Counted from the first letter of the stretch, positions 15,042 to 24,808 are shown. The stretch is 55,019 nt of DNA from a virus (IMGVR_UViG_3300046323_000133:1-55019); one strand, 5' to 3'. Translations and numbers: made by a program. Notes: a model not told the origin generated them from the letters alone.

Positions 15042-15872
15042 ATGTACAAAACACAACTAGAACACATATTCCAAAATGAACAGTTTATATTTACTGGGGA
15101 CGAATATTACTTACTACCTATAGACCGTTCAGCTTTCTTCTGCATTAATCCTGTTAAAAATTTAGACAATCGTCAATTAGAAAACTTATCAAACTTACAG
15201 AACTTCCTCATAGAATTTGACGAAGCATCTTATGAACAACAGTTCAAATCTATTGCGCAAATAGAAGCTTCTGGATTAAATATTGCTAGTGCAGTATTTT
15301 CAGGTTCTAAAAGTATACACCTAATATTTAGCATGGCCGAAACTCTTCAATTAGATTATAAGACAGCTTGGTTAGCCCTAGCCTCAGAAGTTCGCAGTAT
15401 AACAGGACTAACAGCAGACGCACAATGTAAAAATGCAAATAGGCTTAGCAGACTTGCAGGATTTGTGCGCCCAGATACTGGAAAAGTTCAAGAGCTGCTG
15501 CACCTTGGAGGCTTCATCAAGAATGATAAACTAATGGAATTAGTGGACCGGCATAAAATTAAGCACGCTGTAACTCAAACAACAGTTAGCCAAGACCCTA
15601 CCATGAGCGTTGAGAAGTTTGAATTAATACTAATAAAGAGGCAAAACGGACTCTACTCAAAAATAGCTAGAGTAGACGAATGGGCAGGAAGTGTAGGAAT
15701 GTATAAAGAACTATTTAACATTACCTGCTGGGCTATAGACGCTACAGGAGTTCCAGAAAGTACCTTCAAACAGTTTGCGCAAAATAAAATATTTCCTGCG
15801 CTATTAGAAGCCGGTTACCCAATAAACAAACTTGACAAGCCTATTGATAATGCTTACACTTATAAAACATAA
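15042..15872 (+). CDS. AEP-superfamily primase / primase-polymerase
   Basis: FLIEFD, FSGSKSIH, DAQCKNANRLSRLAG; adjacent to the helicase gene. Confidence 0.75.
   Translation: MYKTQLEHIFQNEQFIFTGDEYYLLPIDRSAFFCINPVKNLDNRQLENLSNLQNFLIEFDEASYEQQFKSIAQIEASGLNIASAVFSGSKSIHLIFSMAETLQLDYKTAWLALASEVRSITGLTADAQCKNANRLSRLAGFVRPDTGKVQELLHLGGFIKNDKLMELVDRHKIKHAVTQTTVSQDPTMSVEKFELILIKRQNGLYSKIARVDEWAGSVGMYKELFNITCWAIDATGVPESTFKQFAQNKIFPALLEAGYPINKLDKPIDNAYTYKT
15832..15860 (+). promoter_or_regulatory. sigma70-type promoter upstream of the helicase gene
   Basis: TTGACA-17-TACACT. Confidence 0.5.
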
Positions 15873-15884
15873 ACAAGGGGCAAC

Positions 15885-17291
15885 ATGTACACTTCAGATT
15901 TTATACTAGACGAATTAATAGTCGGATGTAGAAACGGCTTAAAATTTGACAAAATAGTACATAATTTTATAAATAATGACAAAAAGCCTGTACCACACGA
16001 CATGGTTGATAAAGTTAAAAAAATGTTTGAAGAAGAGAAAAAGCGCTTTAATAATTTTAACTACACACAACAAGTATTAGACTTAGAATTTATATTAGAT
16101 ATTACTACTGGAGAGTACCATTTAGTAGACATATTTACTAAAGAAACTACTCCTATTAAAATTGCAGCTGTCGAAAACGCTTTTAATAAAGGAGCATTTC
16201 AGCGTATAAAAGAAAGAAAACTTTACAGCGTATTCCTAGGGTGGAACCCAGATGAAAATGTTTTCAAATACAAGGAGTCTTTAGTGGAGTCTATAAATTT
16301 ATACAAACCTGCAAAGTGGCAACTACCATATTTCTTTGAAGGTGTAGAGGTTCCAAATACCCCTATGCCTAAAGTATATGTAGATTTTTTCAAACACTTA
16401 ACAGGAAATGAACTGTCTTTAGATTACCTAATGGCTTTTACAGCTGCGACGGTACAAAGAGGGTTTAAGCCGCAGAATTATTGCGTACTTACTGGAATAC
16501 AAGGAACTGGTAAAGGCGTTTATTTCCAAATCATGCAGCAGTTATTAGACCCAGCCAACACAGGATATACAGAAGCTGTTAAAATAATTGATTCAAAATT
16601 TAATGCTTTTGCTAGAAACAAAAAGTTGATTTTTATAGACGAATTAAAGATTAAAAGCCCTGGAGAAGAAGATATATTAAAACCGTTTGTAAATGATACA
16701 ATTGCTATTGAAGCTAAAGGAGTAGATTCTCTATCAGTTAAGAATTATGCATCTCTTTTAATAGCATCTAATGACGTTGGAGAAATGAGAATTAGCACCG
16801 AAGACAGACGATTTTGCTTTGTGGACCCAGGAAATATAAAATTAGCAGACTATGTAAACAACTTAAAAAATGGACATAATGTTTCCAGCTACATTAAAAA
16901 AGTTTTATTAGACCCAGAAAATATAAAACAATTTGGAGAATTTTTACTTAATTATAAGTACGATGAAAACTTACTAATTGATATGCTAGAATCAGATACT
17001 CGTAGAACTTTAAAAGAAGAAACAGCATCTGACTGGGTAACCTCTTTACTTGCTAATGTGTGTCCTAAAAATAAGGGTAAAAAGCTTAAATTAGGCGATG
17101 TTCAAGAACAGCTTATGGAAGTTACCAATTCTAGTAAAGTACCAGGACGACGTCAATGGGTTAAAATATCTAAGGACTACCCTGGATACTTTGAAGTTAT
17201 TAGAATTAAAGAAACTAACGGAGAACAAAATTATTACATACAATTTGCAACTACAGAAAATATGCCCACTTACCTAAAGGAATCAAAATGA
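15885..17291 (+). CDS. SF3/D5-like helicase (DUF5906, NrS-1 type)
   Basis: Walker A GIQGTGKG, SKFN, Walker B IFIDE, IEAKG, ASN, DRRF. Confidence 0.85.
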   Translation: MYTSDFILDELIVGCRNGLKFDKIVHNFINNDKKPVPHDMVDKVKKMFEEEKKRFNNFNYTQQVLDLEFILDITTGEYHLVDIFTKETTPIKIAAVENAFNKGAFQRIKERKLYSVFLGWNPDENVFKYKESLVESINLYKPAKWQLPYFFEGVEVPNTPMPKVYVDFFKHLTGNELSLDYLMAFTAATVQRGFKPQNYCVLTGIQGTGKGVYFQIMQQLLDPANTGYTEAVKIIDSKFNAFARNKKLIFIDELKIKSPGEEDILKPFVNDTIAIEAKGVDSLSVKNYASLLIASNDVGEMRISTEDRRFCFVDPGNIKLADYVNNLKNGHNVSSYIKKVLLDPENIKQFGEFLLNYKYDENLLIDMLESDTRRTLKEETASDWVTSLLANVCPKNKGKKLKLGDVQEQLMEVTNSSKVPGRRQWVKISKDYPGYFEVIRIKETNGEQNYYIQFATTENMPTYLKESK

Positions 17292-18127
17292 AACTAGTTA
17301 CTAAAGAGCCTAAAATACTACAAGATGGTTTAAATGATTGCGACAACTCTGATTACCATGCAGATAGAAAGTATCTAAGTAGTAGCGTTTTAAAAGCTGT
17401 ATACAAGTCTTTAGACATTTACTATAATGAATACATCTTAGGTAATAAAAGAGAAATTAGTACTAGCACCCAGTCTGCATTTGACCTAGGTTCATTGGTA
17501 CACAGCTACATATTAGAACCAGACAAAACTTTAAATGACTTTGCTTTTTTTACGGGATTCAGAAAAGCAGGTAAAGAGTATGAGGATTTTTTAGCAGCTC
17601 AAAATACTGGAAAGACTGTTGTAAGCAGCGCTCAGAAGCAGCAAGCAGAGGCCATGATTGAATCTTTTAAGACTTGTGACGCGGCAAAAAATTTAATTAG
17701 TAATGGATTTGCAGAGCAGACAATTTGTGGAACTCTTAAAGGAGTCCCTATAAAAGTACGCTTTGACTGGATTAACGTAGAAGATGGATACATAGCAGAT
17801 GTAAAAACTACTAGCTATCCATCAGAAAAAGAAAGCTTTAAAATGACAGTAGACGGATTAATGTACCACTTAAGTGCCGCTCTATATTGTGCAATGGCTG
17901 AGCAGTATTATGGAAAAAAGTTTGACTTCTACTTTATTGTTCTTAGTAAAAAAGACAGAACCACAGATGTATTTAAAATGAGTGAAGAAACTATGCAGGC
18001 CGGTATAGATGTTATGAATACAGCTCTCATGAAATATAAAAAAGCAAAAGAAATAAATGTCTGGACAGAACTAACAGAACCAGCTAAAGTATTAAAAGAC
18101 GTAGACTATATAATCCAGGAGATTTAA
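17288..18127 (+). CDS. RecE/exonuclease VIII-like PD-(D/E)XK nuclease (DUF3799 type)
   Basis: YHAD..LSSS.LK, GSLVHSYILEP, KVRFD, DVKTT, YHLSAALY. Confidence 0.85.
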   Translation: MKLVTKEPKILQDGLNDCDNSDYHADRKYLSSSVLKAVYKSLDIYYNEYILGNKREISTSTQSAFDLGSLVHSYILEPDKTLNDFAFFTGFRKAGKEYEDFLAAQNTGKTVVSSAQKQQAEAMIESFKTCDAAKNLISNGFAEQTICGTLKGVPIKVRFDWINVEDGYIADVKTTSYPSEKESFKMTVDGLMYHLSAALYCAMAEQYYGKKFDFYFIVLSKKDRTTDVFKMSEETMQAGIDVMNTALMKYKKAKEINVWTELTEPAKVLKDVDYIIQEI

Positions 18128-18258
18128 ATGACTGAAGAACAAATCAAAATAATTATTGGCAATATTATATATGAAAGCATGTTAAAATTTGGTATTGATA
18201 AAATGGACCAAGTTTCAGAGATAGTCTACGCAGAACTTAAGAGTAAAGATTTAATATA

Positions 18259-18450
18259 ATGGACACTACAATAAATGTACAATTTGACCTTTTACAAAGA
18301 TTAAAATATTATGAATCTGCTTATAATAGTAGCATCAGACTATTAAAAGCTATGCAATCTGGCTCTGAAGGACAAATACATTTATTTAGTGCTGCCAAAT
18401 ACTACAAAGAGAAGATAAACAGTATAAGAAAGGAATTACAATTAGTATGA
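18259..18450 (+). CDS. Hypothetical protein
   Basis: Translationally coupled ORF. Confidence 0.55.
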   Translation: MDTTINVQFDLLQRLKYYESAYNSSIRLLKAMQSGSEGQIHLFSAAKYYKEKINSIRKELQLV

Positions 18451-18854
18451 GTAAAAATATTGACCAGTATTTAACAGAATGCATACCAGACACTTTAACA
18501 ATTGAAAAATTTAAGACGGAAGCAAAATCTGCATTAGGACACAGAGATAATAAACAAAAGACACGCTGGAGAAATGTACCCTTATTTCTGTTTGAAGATG
18601 TAATTAAGGTAGGACAGTTCGGAGAAACAAAATATGCTACTTACAACTATCTAAAAGGATTAGGACTAAACGATACTTTAGATGCTCTTAAACGACACTT
18701 AGTTAAATTTGAATCTCCATATGAATCTGATAATGATGAAGAGTCTTTACAAAATCATTTAGCTCATGTGGCATGGAATGCAATAGTAGCTCTTCACATG
18801 TTAAAAACCCGTCCAGAATTAGACGACCGATACAAGCTACCAACCAAGGAGTAA
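18447..18854 (+). CDS. dATP/dGTP diphosphohydrolase-like protein (DUF5664)
   Basis: FGETKYATYNYLKG, DALKRHL, DEESLQNHLAHVAWNA. Confidence 0.8.
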   Translation: MSKNIDQYLTECIPDTLTIEKFKTEAKSALGHRDNKQKTRWRNVPLFLFEDVIKVGQFGETKYATYNYLKGLGLNDTLDALKRHLVKFESPYESDNDEESLQNHLAHVAWNAIVALHMLKTRPELDDRYKLPTKE

Positions 18855-18856
18855 AT

Positions 18857-19048
18857 ATGAACTTTACAAATATAGAAGCTTCAGCAACTTTATTACTAAA
18901 CGAATTAGAATATGCAATAATAAATGGAGCTAATATTCCTGCAAATGTAATTTTACAAATGAATCAGTTAAAAATAGTTTTAGAAGATGAAAATATAAAG
19001 CTAGCCAAAGACTTAGAAGAGATGTACAATAGAAGTAAATTATTTTAA
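18857..19048 (+). CDS. Hypothetical protein
   Basis: AAGGAG RBS before ATG 18857. Confidence 0.55.
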   Translation: MNFTNIEASATLLLNELEYAIINGANIPANVILQMNQLKIVLEDENIKLAKDLEEMYNRSKLF

Positions 19049-19111
19049 TTAATAGTAGTGCATATAGCACGACTTAAACAGACGTTTTGATACGTCAGAA
19101 AAGAGCAACAC

Positions 19112-19489
19112 ATGGCAAAAGAAACAGTATTTAAGAAGCAAGAGAAAGCTACGGCAGCAGGAACAACTTACATTAAGGCAAAAGAACTTAATGATAACAA
19201 AATTAAAGGAGTTATTGCAGAAGGAATTTTTGTAGGAACAGTACCTAATAATTTTGACGAGACTCCAGACAAGTCTAAGCCTAATATTAAAATTGAATTA
19301 GCTAAACCAGATTTAAATGGTAATAAGGAAGTTATTTTAAATGCAGCTGGAAATCTTAATGCACAGTTCAGAAGTGTGTCTGTAGGAACTCCAGTTCAAG
19401 TACAATACTTAGGCATGGAAAAAATTACTAGCAAAGACCCGCGTAAAAACGGAAAATCTACTCATCAATTTGAAGTTTTAGTAGGATAA
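19112..19489 (+). CDS. Putative single-stranded DNA-binding (OB-fold-like) protein
   Basis: Beta-rich pattern EGIFVG...VGTPVQVQYLG...HQFEV in the replication module; inference. Confidence 0.5.
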   Translation: MAKETVFKKQEKATAAGTTYIKAKELNDNKIKGVIAEGIFVGTVPNNFDETPDKSKPNIKIELAKPDLNGNKEVILNAAGNLNAQFRSVSVGTPVQVQYLGMEKITSKDPRKNGKSTHQFEVLVG

Positions 19490-19508
19490 TATAAATAGGA
19501 GCCATACA

Positions 19509-19961
19509 ATGATAAGCAAAAAAGAACTTACAATGGGAAGAGACGTACAGTTTAAAGCTGAATATACAAAAGAAATTGACAACAATTTAAATGTTCTCTT
19601 ACAGAAGATAAATGTAGTTCGCTCAAAGTATGGCAAACCTATGACAGTAAGTAGTGGATGGAGGCCATCGGCTATTAATTCAGGAACTCCTGGAGCAGCT
19701 AAGGCCTCTAAACACTTATCAGGTTTAGCAGTAGATATAAAAGATACAGATAACAGCTTATGGAACTGGACAATAGCAAATTTAGATTTGATTCAAGAAT
19801 TAGGACTATATTTAGAAGACCGAAGATTTACAGGTACTTGGGTACATTTTCAGATTGGAGCACCTAAGTCCGGAAAACGTATATTCAAACCTTCAACAGC
19901 TCCTATGCCACACCCAGACCTATGGGATGGAAAATACGATATAAAGTACGACAAGGTATAG
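19509..19961 (+). CDS. Peptidase M15-family Zn peptidase (probable endolysin)
   Basis: SSGWR..N, SKHLSGLAVD (HxxxxxxD), WVH. Confidence 0.85.
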   Translation: MISKKELTMGRDVQFKAEYTKEIDNNLNVLLQKINVVRSKYGKPMTVSSGWRPSAINSGTPGAAKASKHLSGLAVDIKDTDNSLWNWTIANLDLIQELGLYLEDRRFTGTWVHFQIGAPKSGKRIFKPSTAPMPHPDLWDGKYDIKYDKV

Positions 19962-19962
19962 C

Positions 19963-20202
19963 ATGAATATTTTAAAACAGTTAAAACAATATAAAGCAAT
20001 TTCAACTACTATAAAAGATTTAGAGTCGCGTATAGTAGATTTAGAAAATAAAATGAAATATCCCAAATTAGCACAAAGATTAAATGATACTGGACTTGGA
20101 GGAAGATATAAGAGTAAACTAGATACTCTATTACAACTTCGTTACAAAATGGAGTGTGAGAGTCGATTATTAAGACTACTAGTATTTTTAAACTTAGCAT
20201 AG
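19963..20202 (+). CDS. Hypothetical coiled-coil protein
   Basis: Operon packing. Confidence 0.55.
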   Translation: MNILKQLKQYKAISTTIKDLESRIVDLENKMKYPKLAQRLNDTGLGGRYKSKLDTLLQLRYKMECESRLLRLLVFLNLA

Positions 20203-20211
20203 GAGATAATC

Positions 20212-20784
20212 TTGTCTATTTCAGATGAAAAATGGGAACAAATAAGAGCTAAATGGGCAACTCAAACTGAAAAAAATACCGAAAAAGAATTTAAAAAAGA
20301 TTTAAAAAGAGGACATCAAGGAGAACATACTTTCTTTCAACTGTTTCAATCCTCAGTTACACATCTAGACGGACGTAATGCAGATTTTGAAATCAATAAA
20401 ACTGGCGAAACAATTGAGCTGAAGACAGATTATTACGACCATAGTCTAACTGAAAATTTCTTCATGGAGCGCTACTCCTACGACGATAAACCAGGAGGAC
20501 CTTGGCAGTCGGTTTCAAAGAAAATAGATTATTACATTTACTACTACCCGTCTCATAATGAGCTGTATATATTTAATGCAGAACAGTTAGTGAGACGTTT
20601 AGACCGTATCATGAAAAATGAAAAGCTTGTAAGTGTTAAAAATAAAGGCTACACTACAAGAGGTTATAAAGTTAAGCGCTCTTTAATTGAAGAGTTGTGT
20701 TTAAATTTTGAAGACATTGGACTAGTAGAAAGTAAAGGTAAAGATGATAGTAAGACAAAAAGAACATATAAACCTAGTACTTAA
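20212..20784 (+). CDS. PD-(D/E)XK-like nuclease
   Basis: GHQGE, ADF, IELKTD; TTG start with AGGAG. Confidence 0.65.
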   Translation: MSISDEKWEQIRAKWATQTEKNTEKEFKKDLKRGHQGEHTFFQLFQSSVTHLDGRNADFEINKTGETIELKTDYYDHSLTENFFMERYSYDDKPGGPWQSVSKKIDYYIYYYPSHNELYIFNAEQLVRRLDRIMKNEKLVSVKNKGYTTRGYKVKRSLIEELCLNFEDIGLVESKGKDDSKTKRTYKPST

Positions 20785-22981
20785 TATGTTGAAAAGTTCT
20801 TTATATTGGTCTTGGGATATCGAGTCCACAGGGCTTAATGTAAGAAAAGACAAAACTATAGGATTTGGTTCTTGTAATCCTTTAAATCTCAATCAATACT
20901 TTTATATAATTACTAAAGAATGGGTAGATAATCAGCTAGTAGAACTACTTACTTTAGAAGATGTAAAACCAGTTTTAGACGCTCTTAAAACCAAAAGATT
21001 AATAACATTCAATGGTTCATACGATACGCGATTAACATACCATTATCATAAGTCTAATTTAATAGATTCTATATATTGTGACGTTATGTTGCTAGTACAC
21101 ACTTGTGATGAAAATAGAATATCATATAAAATGAAAGACATTGCAGAAGACGCTTTTGGCAGTAGTGCTAAAGATTCTCAAAAAGATATGTTGGAGTCTA
21201 TAAAAGCTAATGGAGGAACAGATAAAGAATATTATAAAGCCGATTCTAATTTAATGGCATTGTACGGCATTCAAGATAATATATTAACTTGTAAACTGTT
21301 TAATCACTATAATCGCATACTAAAAGCTGAAGGCCTTGAAAAATTCTTTTATGAAGATGAAGTTATGCCTCTTTACAGACTTGTAACCATACCTATGGAG
21401 TTAAAGGGAGTACCTCTAGATTTACCTTTAATGCATCAATGCTTAACAGATATTAGGACAGACATGGACAAGCTACATACAGACATACAAGCAGCTATAG
21501 AGCCGCATTTAACTGATTTTAAAGCCTGGTACTTAAATAAAGAATATCCTGGAATACAGTTATCTGGGCAGTTTTTAGAAGCTTTATGCGCCATTATTGC
21601 GCCATCAAACTGGCCTAAAACTAAAGCCGGTACCCATAGTTTCTCAAAGACCGCGTTTAAAAAGCTGCCAGAGCTATTAGAGACAGATTTGTGGGCATAT
21701 CAGCAAGGAAATAAGCGCATAAGTAAAGAGCTAGCTGATAGTGTACGTTTAAAGCTGTTTCAAGATTCCGGAGAACAGTTCATGTTTAACATACTGTCTA
21801 AGCATCATTTAAAGAAGTTATTTTTTGAAGAGTTGGGAGAAACTCCAAGTTCTACAACAGATAAAGGGAATCCTCAAGTAGAAGATGATTTTTTAGAACA
21901 AATGGCACAAAAATATGAATGGGTAAAGTGGCTACGTACTTACAACAAATTAACTAAGATTAAATCTACATATATTGAACGCTTTTTAGATAAGCAAGAA
22001 GATGGTATTTTTTACCCTTCATACTTTATGCATAAAACAACATCGGGCAGATTTTCTGGAGATTTACAACAATTACCCCGTATTAAAACTCTAGAAGATG
22101 AAAATGACCCGATTTTTTTAAAACATAACAATAACATTAGAAATTTTTTCATTTCAGGAGAGGGTAAGAAATTAGTAGACGCCGATTACAGTTCACTAGA
22201 AGTTGTTGTGTTCGCAGATGATGCACAGGATGAGGCCCTACTAGACGTTATCAATAAAGGATATGACTTGTATTCACAAGTTGCTATTAACGTTCATGGA
22301 TTAACGGAGTATTCAGCAGATAAAAAAGCTGCTAACTTTTTAAAGAAGCATAAGCCAGAATTACGTCAACAAGCTAAGGCATTCGCTCTAGGATTTAGAT
22401 ATAATTTGCAACCATATAAACTTAGTCAAGATTTAGGAATAAGTGAGGCTGAAGCTACACGCCTACAAAAAGGATACTTCAAATCATATCCTAGACTAAA
22501 AGAACGTATGGATGAAATTATTGAATCGGCTAAAAAGAATGGGTATGTAGTTTCTAAAGCTGGTAGAGTTAGAAGATTAACAAACTTGGTGGACCGGTAT
22601 AAAAAATATGGTGAGGTGTTGTTTAACTCTTTAGACCTTTGGAAGGAATACCACGAGAGACACAATGATTATAATCGCATGAAGCAGATTGCAAAAGAGT
22701 GTAGAGGGGCTGTTAATAACAGTTTAAATTTCCCAATTCAATCGTTTGCGGCGTCTATAGTCAGTAGAGCTTCTATTGAGATTGCAAAAGAGTTAAAGAG
22801 TAGGGGACTACAGTCTTATATATGCATGAGCACTCACGATGAGCTGTGTTTATTAAGCCCAGACAATGAGGTGGCAGAAGCTTCTTTAATTTTACGAGAC
22901 AAAATGGAGAATACAACAAAATTATCGGTACCTTTAGAGGCTGAGCCAATAGTAGGAGTGAGATATGGAGATGTTAAGTAA
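20744..22981 (+). CDS. polA: DNA polymerase, family A, with 3'-5' exonuclease
   Basis: DIESTGL, FNGSYD, TTSGRFS, ADYSSLE, RQQAKAFALGFRY, NFPIQS, THDEL. Confidence 0.95.
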   Translation: MIVRQKEHINLVLNMLKSSLYWSWDIESTGLNVRKDKTIGFGSCNPLNLNQYFYIITKEWVDNQLVELLTLEDVKPVLDALKTKRLITFNGSYDTRLTYHYHKSNLIDSIYCDVMLLVHTCDENRISYKMKDIAEDAFGSSAKDSQKDMLESIKANGGTDKEYYKADSNLMALYGIQDNILTCKLFNHYNRILKAEGLEKFFYEDEVMPLYRLVTIPMELKGVPLDLPLMHQCLTDIRTDMDKLHTDIQAAIEPHLTDFKAWYLNKEYPGIQLSGQFLEALCAIIAPSNWPKTKAGTHSFSKTAFKKLPELLETDLWAYQQGNKRISKELADSVRLKLFQDSGEQFMFNILSKHHLKKLFFEELGETPSSTTDKGNPQVEDDFLEQMAQKYEWVKWLRTYNKLTKIKSTYIERFLDKQEDGIFYPSYFMHKTTSGRFSGDLQQLPRIKTLEDENDPIFLKHNNNIRNFFISGEGKKLVDADYSSLEVVVFADDAQDEALLDVINKGYDLYSQVAINVHGLTEYSADKKAANFLKKHKPELRQQAKAFALGFRYNLQPYKLSQDLGISEAEATRLQKGYFKSYPRLKERMDEIIESAKKNGYVVSKAGRVRRLTNLVDRYKKYGEVLFNSLDLWKEYHERHNDYNRMKQIAKECRGAVNNSLNFPIQSFAASIVSRASIEIAKELKSRGLQSYICMSTHDELCLLSPDNEVAEASLILRDKMENTTKLSVPLEAEPIVGVRYGDVK

Positions 22982-23453
22982 GGTTTGTAATAAATGTAAA
23001 AAGGAAAAGAACAAAAACCAGTATAATAACGATAAAACAAACAAAGATGGTTTGGAATACTCTTGCCGAGACTGTAGAGGAACAAGAAGAAGACAGCTAT
23101 ATTTGGAGAACCATGAAAAAAATAAAGTAAAAAGCAAAATAAAATCTAAAAATTTCAGAATGACTAGGAAAGAGTATTGTAGAAATTACGATTTAAAAAG
23201 ACATTACGGGATAACCTCTGAAGATTTTGATAATATGCTAAAAGAGCAGAATGGTGTATGTAAAATTTGCTCAAGAGAAAATCCTACCGGTAAACACAAT
23301 AGATTTCACGTTGACCATTGTCATGAGACTAGTAAAGTTAGAGGTCTTCTATGTAGTCCTTGTAATTTAGGATTAGGAGCTTTCGGAGATAATACTGAAG
23401 TGTTGACAGAAGCCATAAAATATCTTAAACTGAGTAAAGGAGAAAATATATGA
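22965..23453 (+). CDS. Endonuclease VII-family nuclease
   Basis: QNGVCKIC...VDHCHETSKVRGLLCSPCNLGLG. Confidence 0.9.
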   Translation: MEMLSKVCNKCKKEKNKNQYNNDKTNKDGLEYSCRDCRGTRRRQLYLENHEKNKVKSKIKSKNFRMTRKEYCRNYDLKRHYGITSEDFDNMLKEQNGVCKICSRENPTGKHNRFHVDHCHETSKVRGLLCSPCNLGLGAFGDNTEVLTEAIKYLKLSKGENI

Positions 23454-23851
23454 AAAATACTATAATCGCACTAATCGTAGGCTTATTATTAGGAGGAGGC
23501 TTAGGCACCTTCTTATTTCCTCAGATTAAAACTAAAGAAGTTCAAGTAGAAAAAGAGGTTGTAGTAAAAGATATTGTAACAGTCACAAAAGTAATCACTA
23601 AACCAGATGGCACTAAAGAAGAGGTCACTACCACTACTGACAAAACTAAAGAGAATAAACAGATTACTAGCACTAAAACAGTTGCAAAAGCTAACTGGCA
23701 TGTTAGCGCATCTGCAAAGTCAAAAATCGACAAGCTGCAAATAGATATTTACACAGTTCAAGTAGAAAAGAGAATTATTGGCGACTTATTCTTAGGAGTA
23801 ACAGGGTCAACTGACAAAACAGTTGGTTTAACTATAGGACTTGAATTTTAA
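23450..23851 (+). CDS. Envelope protein with N-terminal TM and C-terminal amphipathic beta-strands; spanin candidate
   Basis: Hydrophobic residues 5-23; Thr/Lys/Val-rich linker; C-terminus VGLTIGLEF. Confidence 0.55.
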   Translation: MKNTIIALIVGLLLGGGLGTFLFPQIKTKEVQVEKEVVVKDIVTVTKVITKPDGTKEEVTTTTDKTKENKQITSTKTVAKANWHVSASAKSKIDKLQIDIYTVQVEKRIIGDLFLGVTGSTDKTVGLTIGLEF

Positions 23852-23852
23852 T

Positions 23853-24020
23853 ATGGAACTTCTATATATGATAGGAAATAAAGGCCTTATATCTTTTAGA
23901 GTTATATAAGGAACAAATATTGTAAAAGTGTATGGAGATTCAGATGTCACTAGTATAACAATATTAGAATTGGAATATTTAATTAGACAAGAAGATGTAT
24001 AATTTATAGGAGAGGTTTAG
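23853..24020 (+). pseudogene. Possible decayed small ORF with two in-frame TAA stops
   Basis: An ATG..TAG frame fills the gap between neighbouring genes almost exactly; TAA at 23907 and 24000. Confidence 0.35.
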
Positions 24021-24021
24021 T

Positions 24022-24366
24022 ATGTTAGGTTTATCAGTTAATATAGTAGAAGAAACAGTCGAACTATTTAGACAAAGTAAGGCTCCTGTTAAGCTTGAAA
24101 ACTACAAGAGATATCAAGAGGACTGGGTTAAATTCTATGATGCTGTAATGGCCAAATACGCTTTAGACATGGAAAAAGTACACAATCTACTTGAAAAGGG
24201 AGAAAAACGCTTAATTAAAAAGTGGAATAAAAAGGTAGAAATTCCATATCCTAAAACTGTGTCAGAAATGAATGAACTGCTAGAAGAATACATGGTACCT
24301 ATCATGTTTGCTCAAACAGCTGACAAATCTAGGATAGTAGGCGTCATTATGGACGAATATTCTTAG
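24022..24366 (+). CDS. Hypothetical protein
   Basis: GAGG RBS; last gene of the + arm. Confidence 0.65.
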   Translation: MLGLSVNIVEETVELFRQSKAPVKLENYKRYQEDWVKFYDAVMAKYALDMEKVHNLLEKGEKRLIKKWNKKVEIPYPKTVSEMNELLEEYMVPIMFAQTADKSRIVGVIMDEYS

Positions 24367-24808
24367 GAAGCTTTTTTACACATATAGTTATATTAGTTTT
24401 AAAGTCCTTAGCTGGACTTTTTTTCGTTACAAGCATAGTGATAAATTTATCATCAACATTTAAATTATCACATTGATACGCACCGGTTCCATTAAAATTT
24501 GGAGTAAATACTACATCTAATAAAGTTTTAGTTATATTTCCAACGTCCATAGATTGAGCGCTAATCTGCTTATCTTTATTAAAAAATTTGGGAGTATAAT
24601 AATCTACAAATACAGTAAAACAGTGTTTAGAAGGGTCAAAAGCCAACCTTAATTCGGACATAGCAGCTTTATTAATTGGGTGATTTAATTGTCTACAAAG
24701 CTCTGCTATCCATTTTTTAGTAGCAGCATTGTATCCTAGTCTTTTGTCATTATAATAGGCAGAGTTTAAAGAGGTCGCTTGAATATCTAATTTTATTGTT
24801 TGCTTCAT
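24347..24808 (-). CDS. RusA-like Holliday junction resolvase
   Basis: SLN..Y, DVGNITKTLLD, DDKFI. Confidence 0.7.
   Translation of the reverse strand: MKQTIKLDIQATSLNSAYYNDKRLGYNAATKKWIAELCRQLNHPINKAAMSELRLAFDPSKHCFTVFVDYYTPKFFNKDKQISAQSMDVGNITKTLLDVVFTPNFNGTGAYQCDNLNVDDKFITMLVTKKSPAKDFKTNITICVKKLPKNIRP

Noticed and set aside
18447-22981. Z-genome (2-aminoadenine) system
   Set aside because: A DUF5664-like gene and PolA are present, but no PurZ-like ORF is visible
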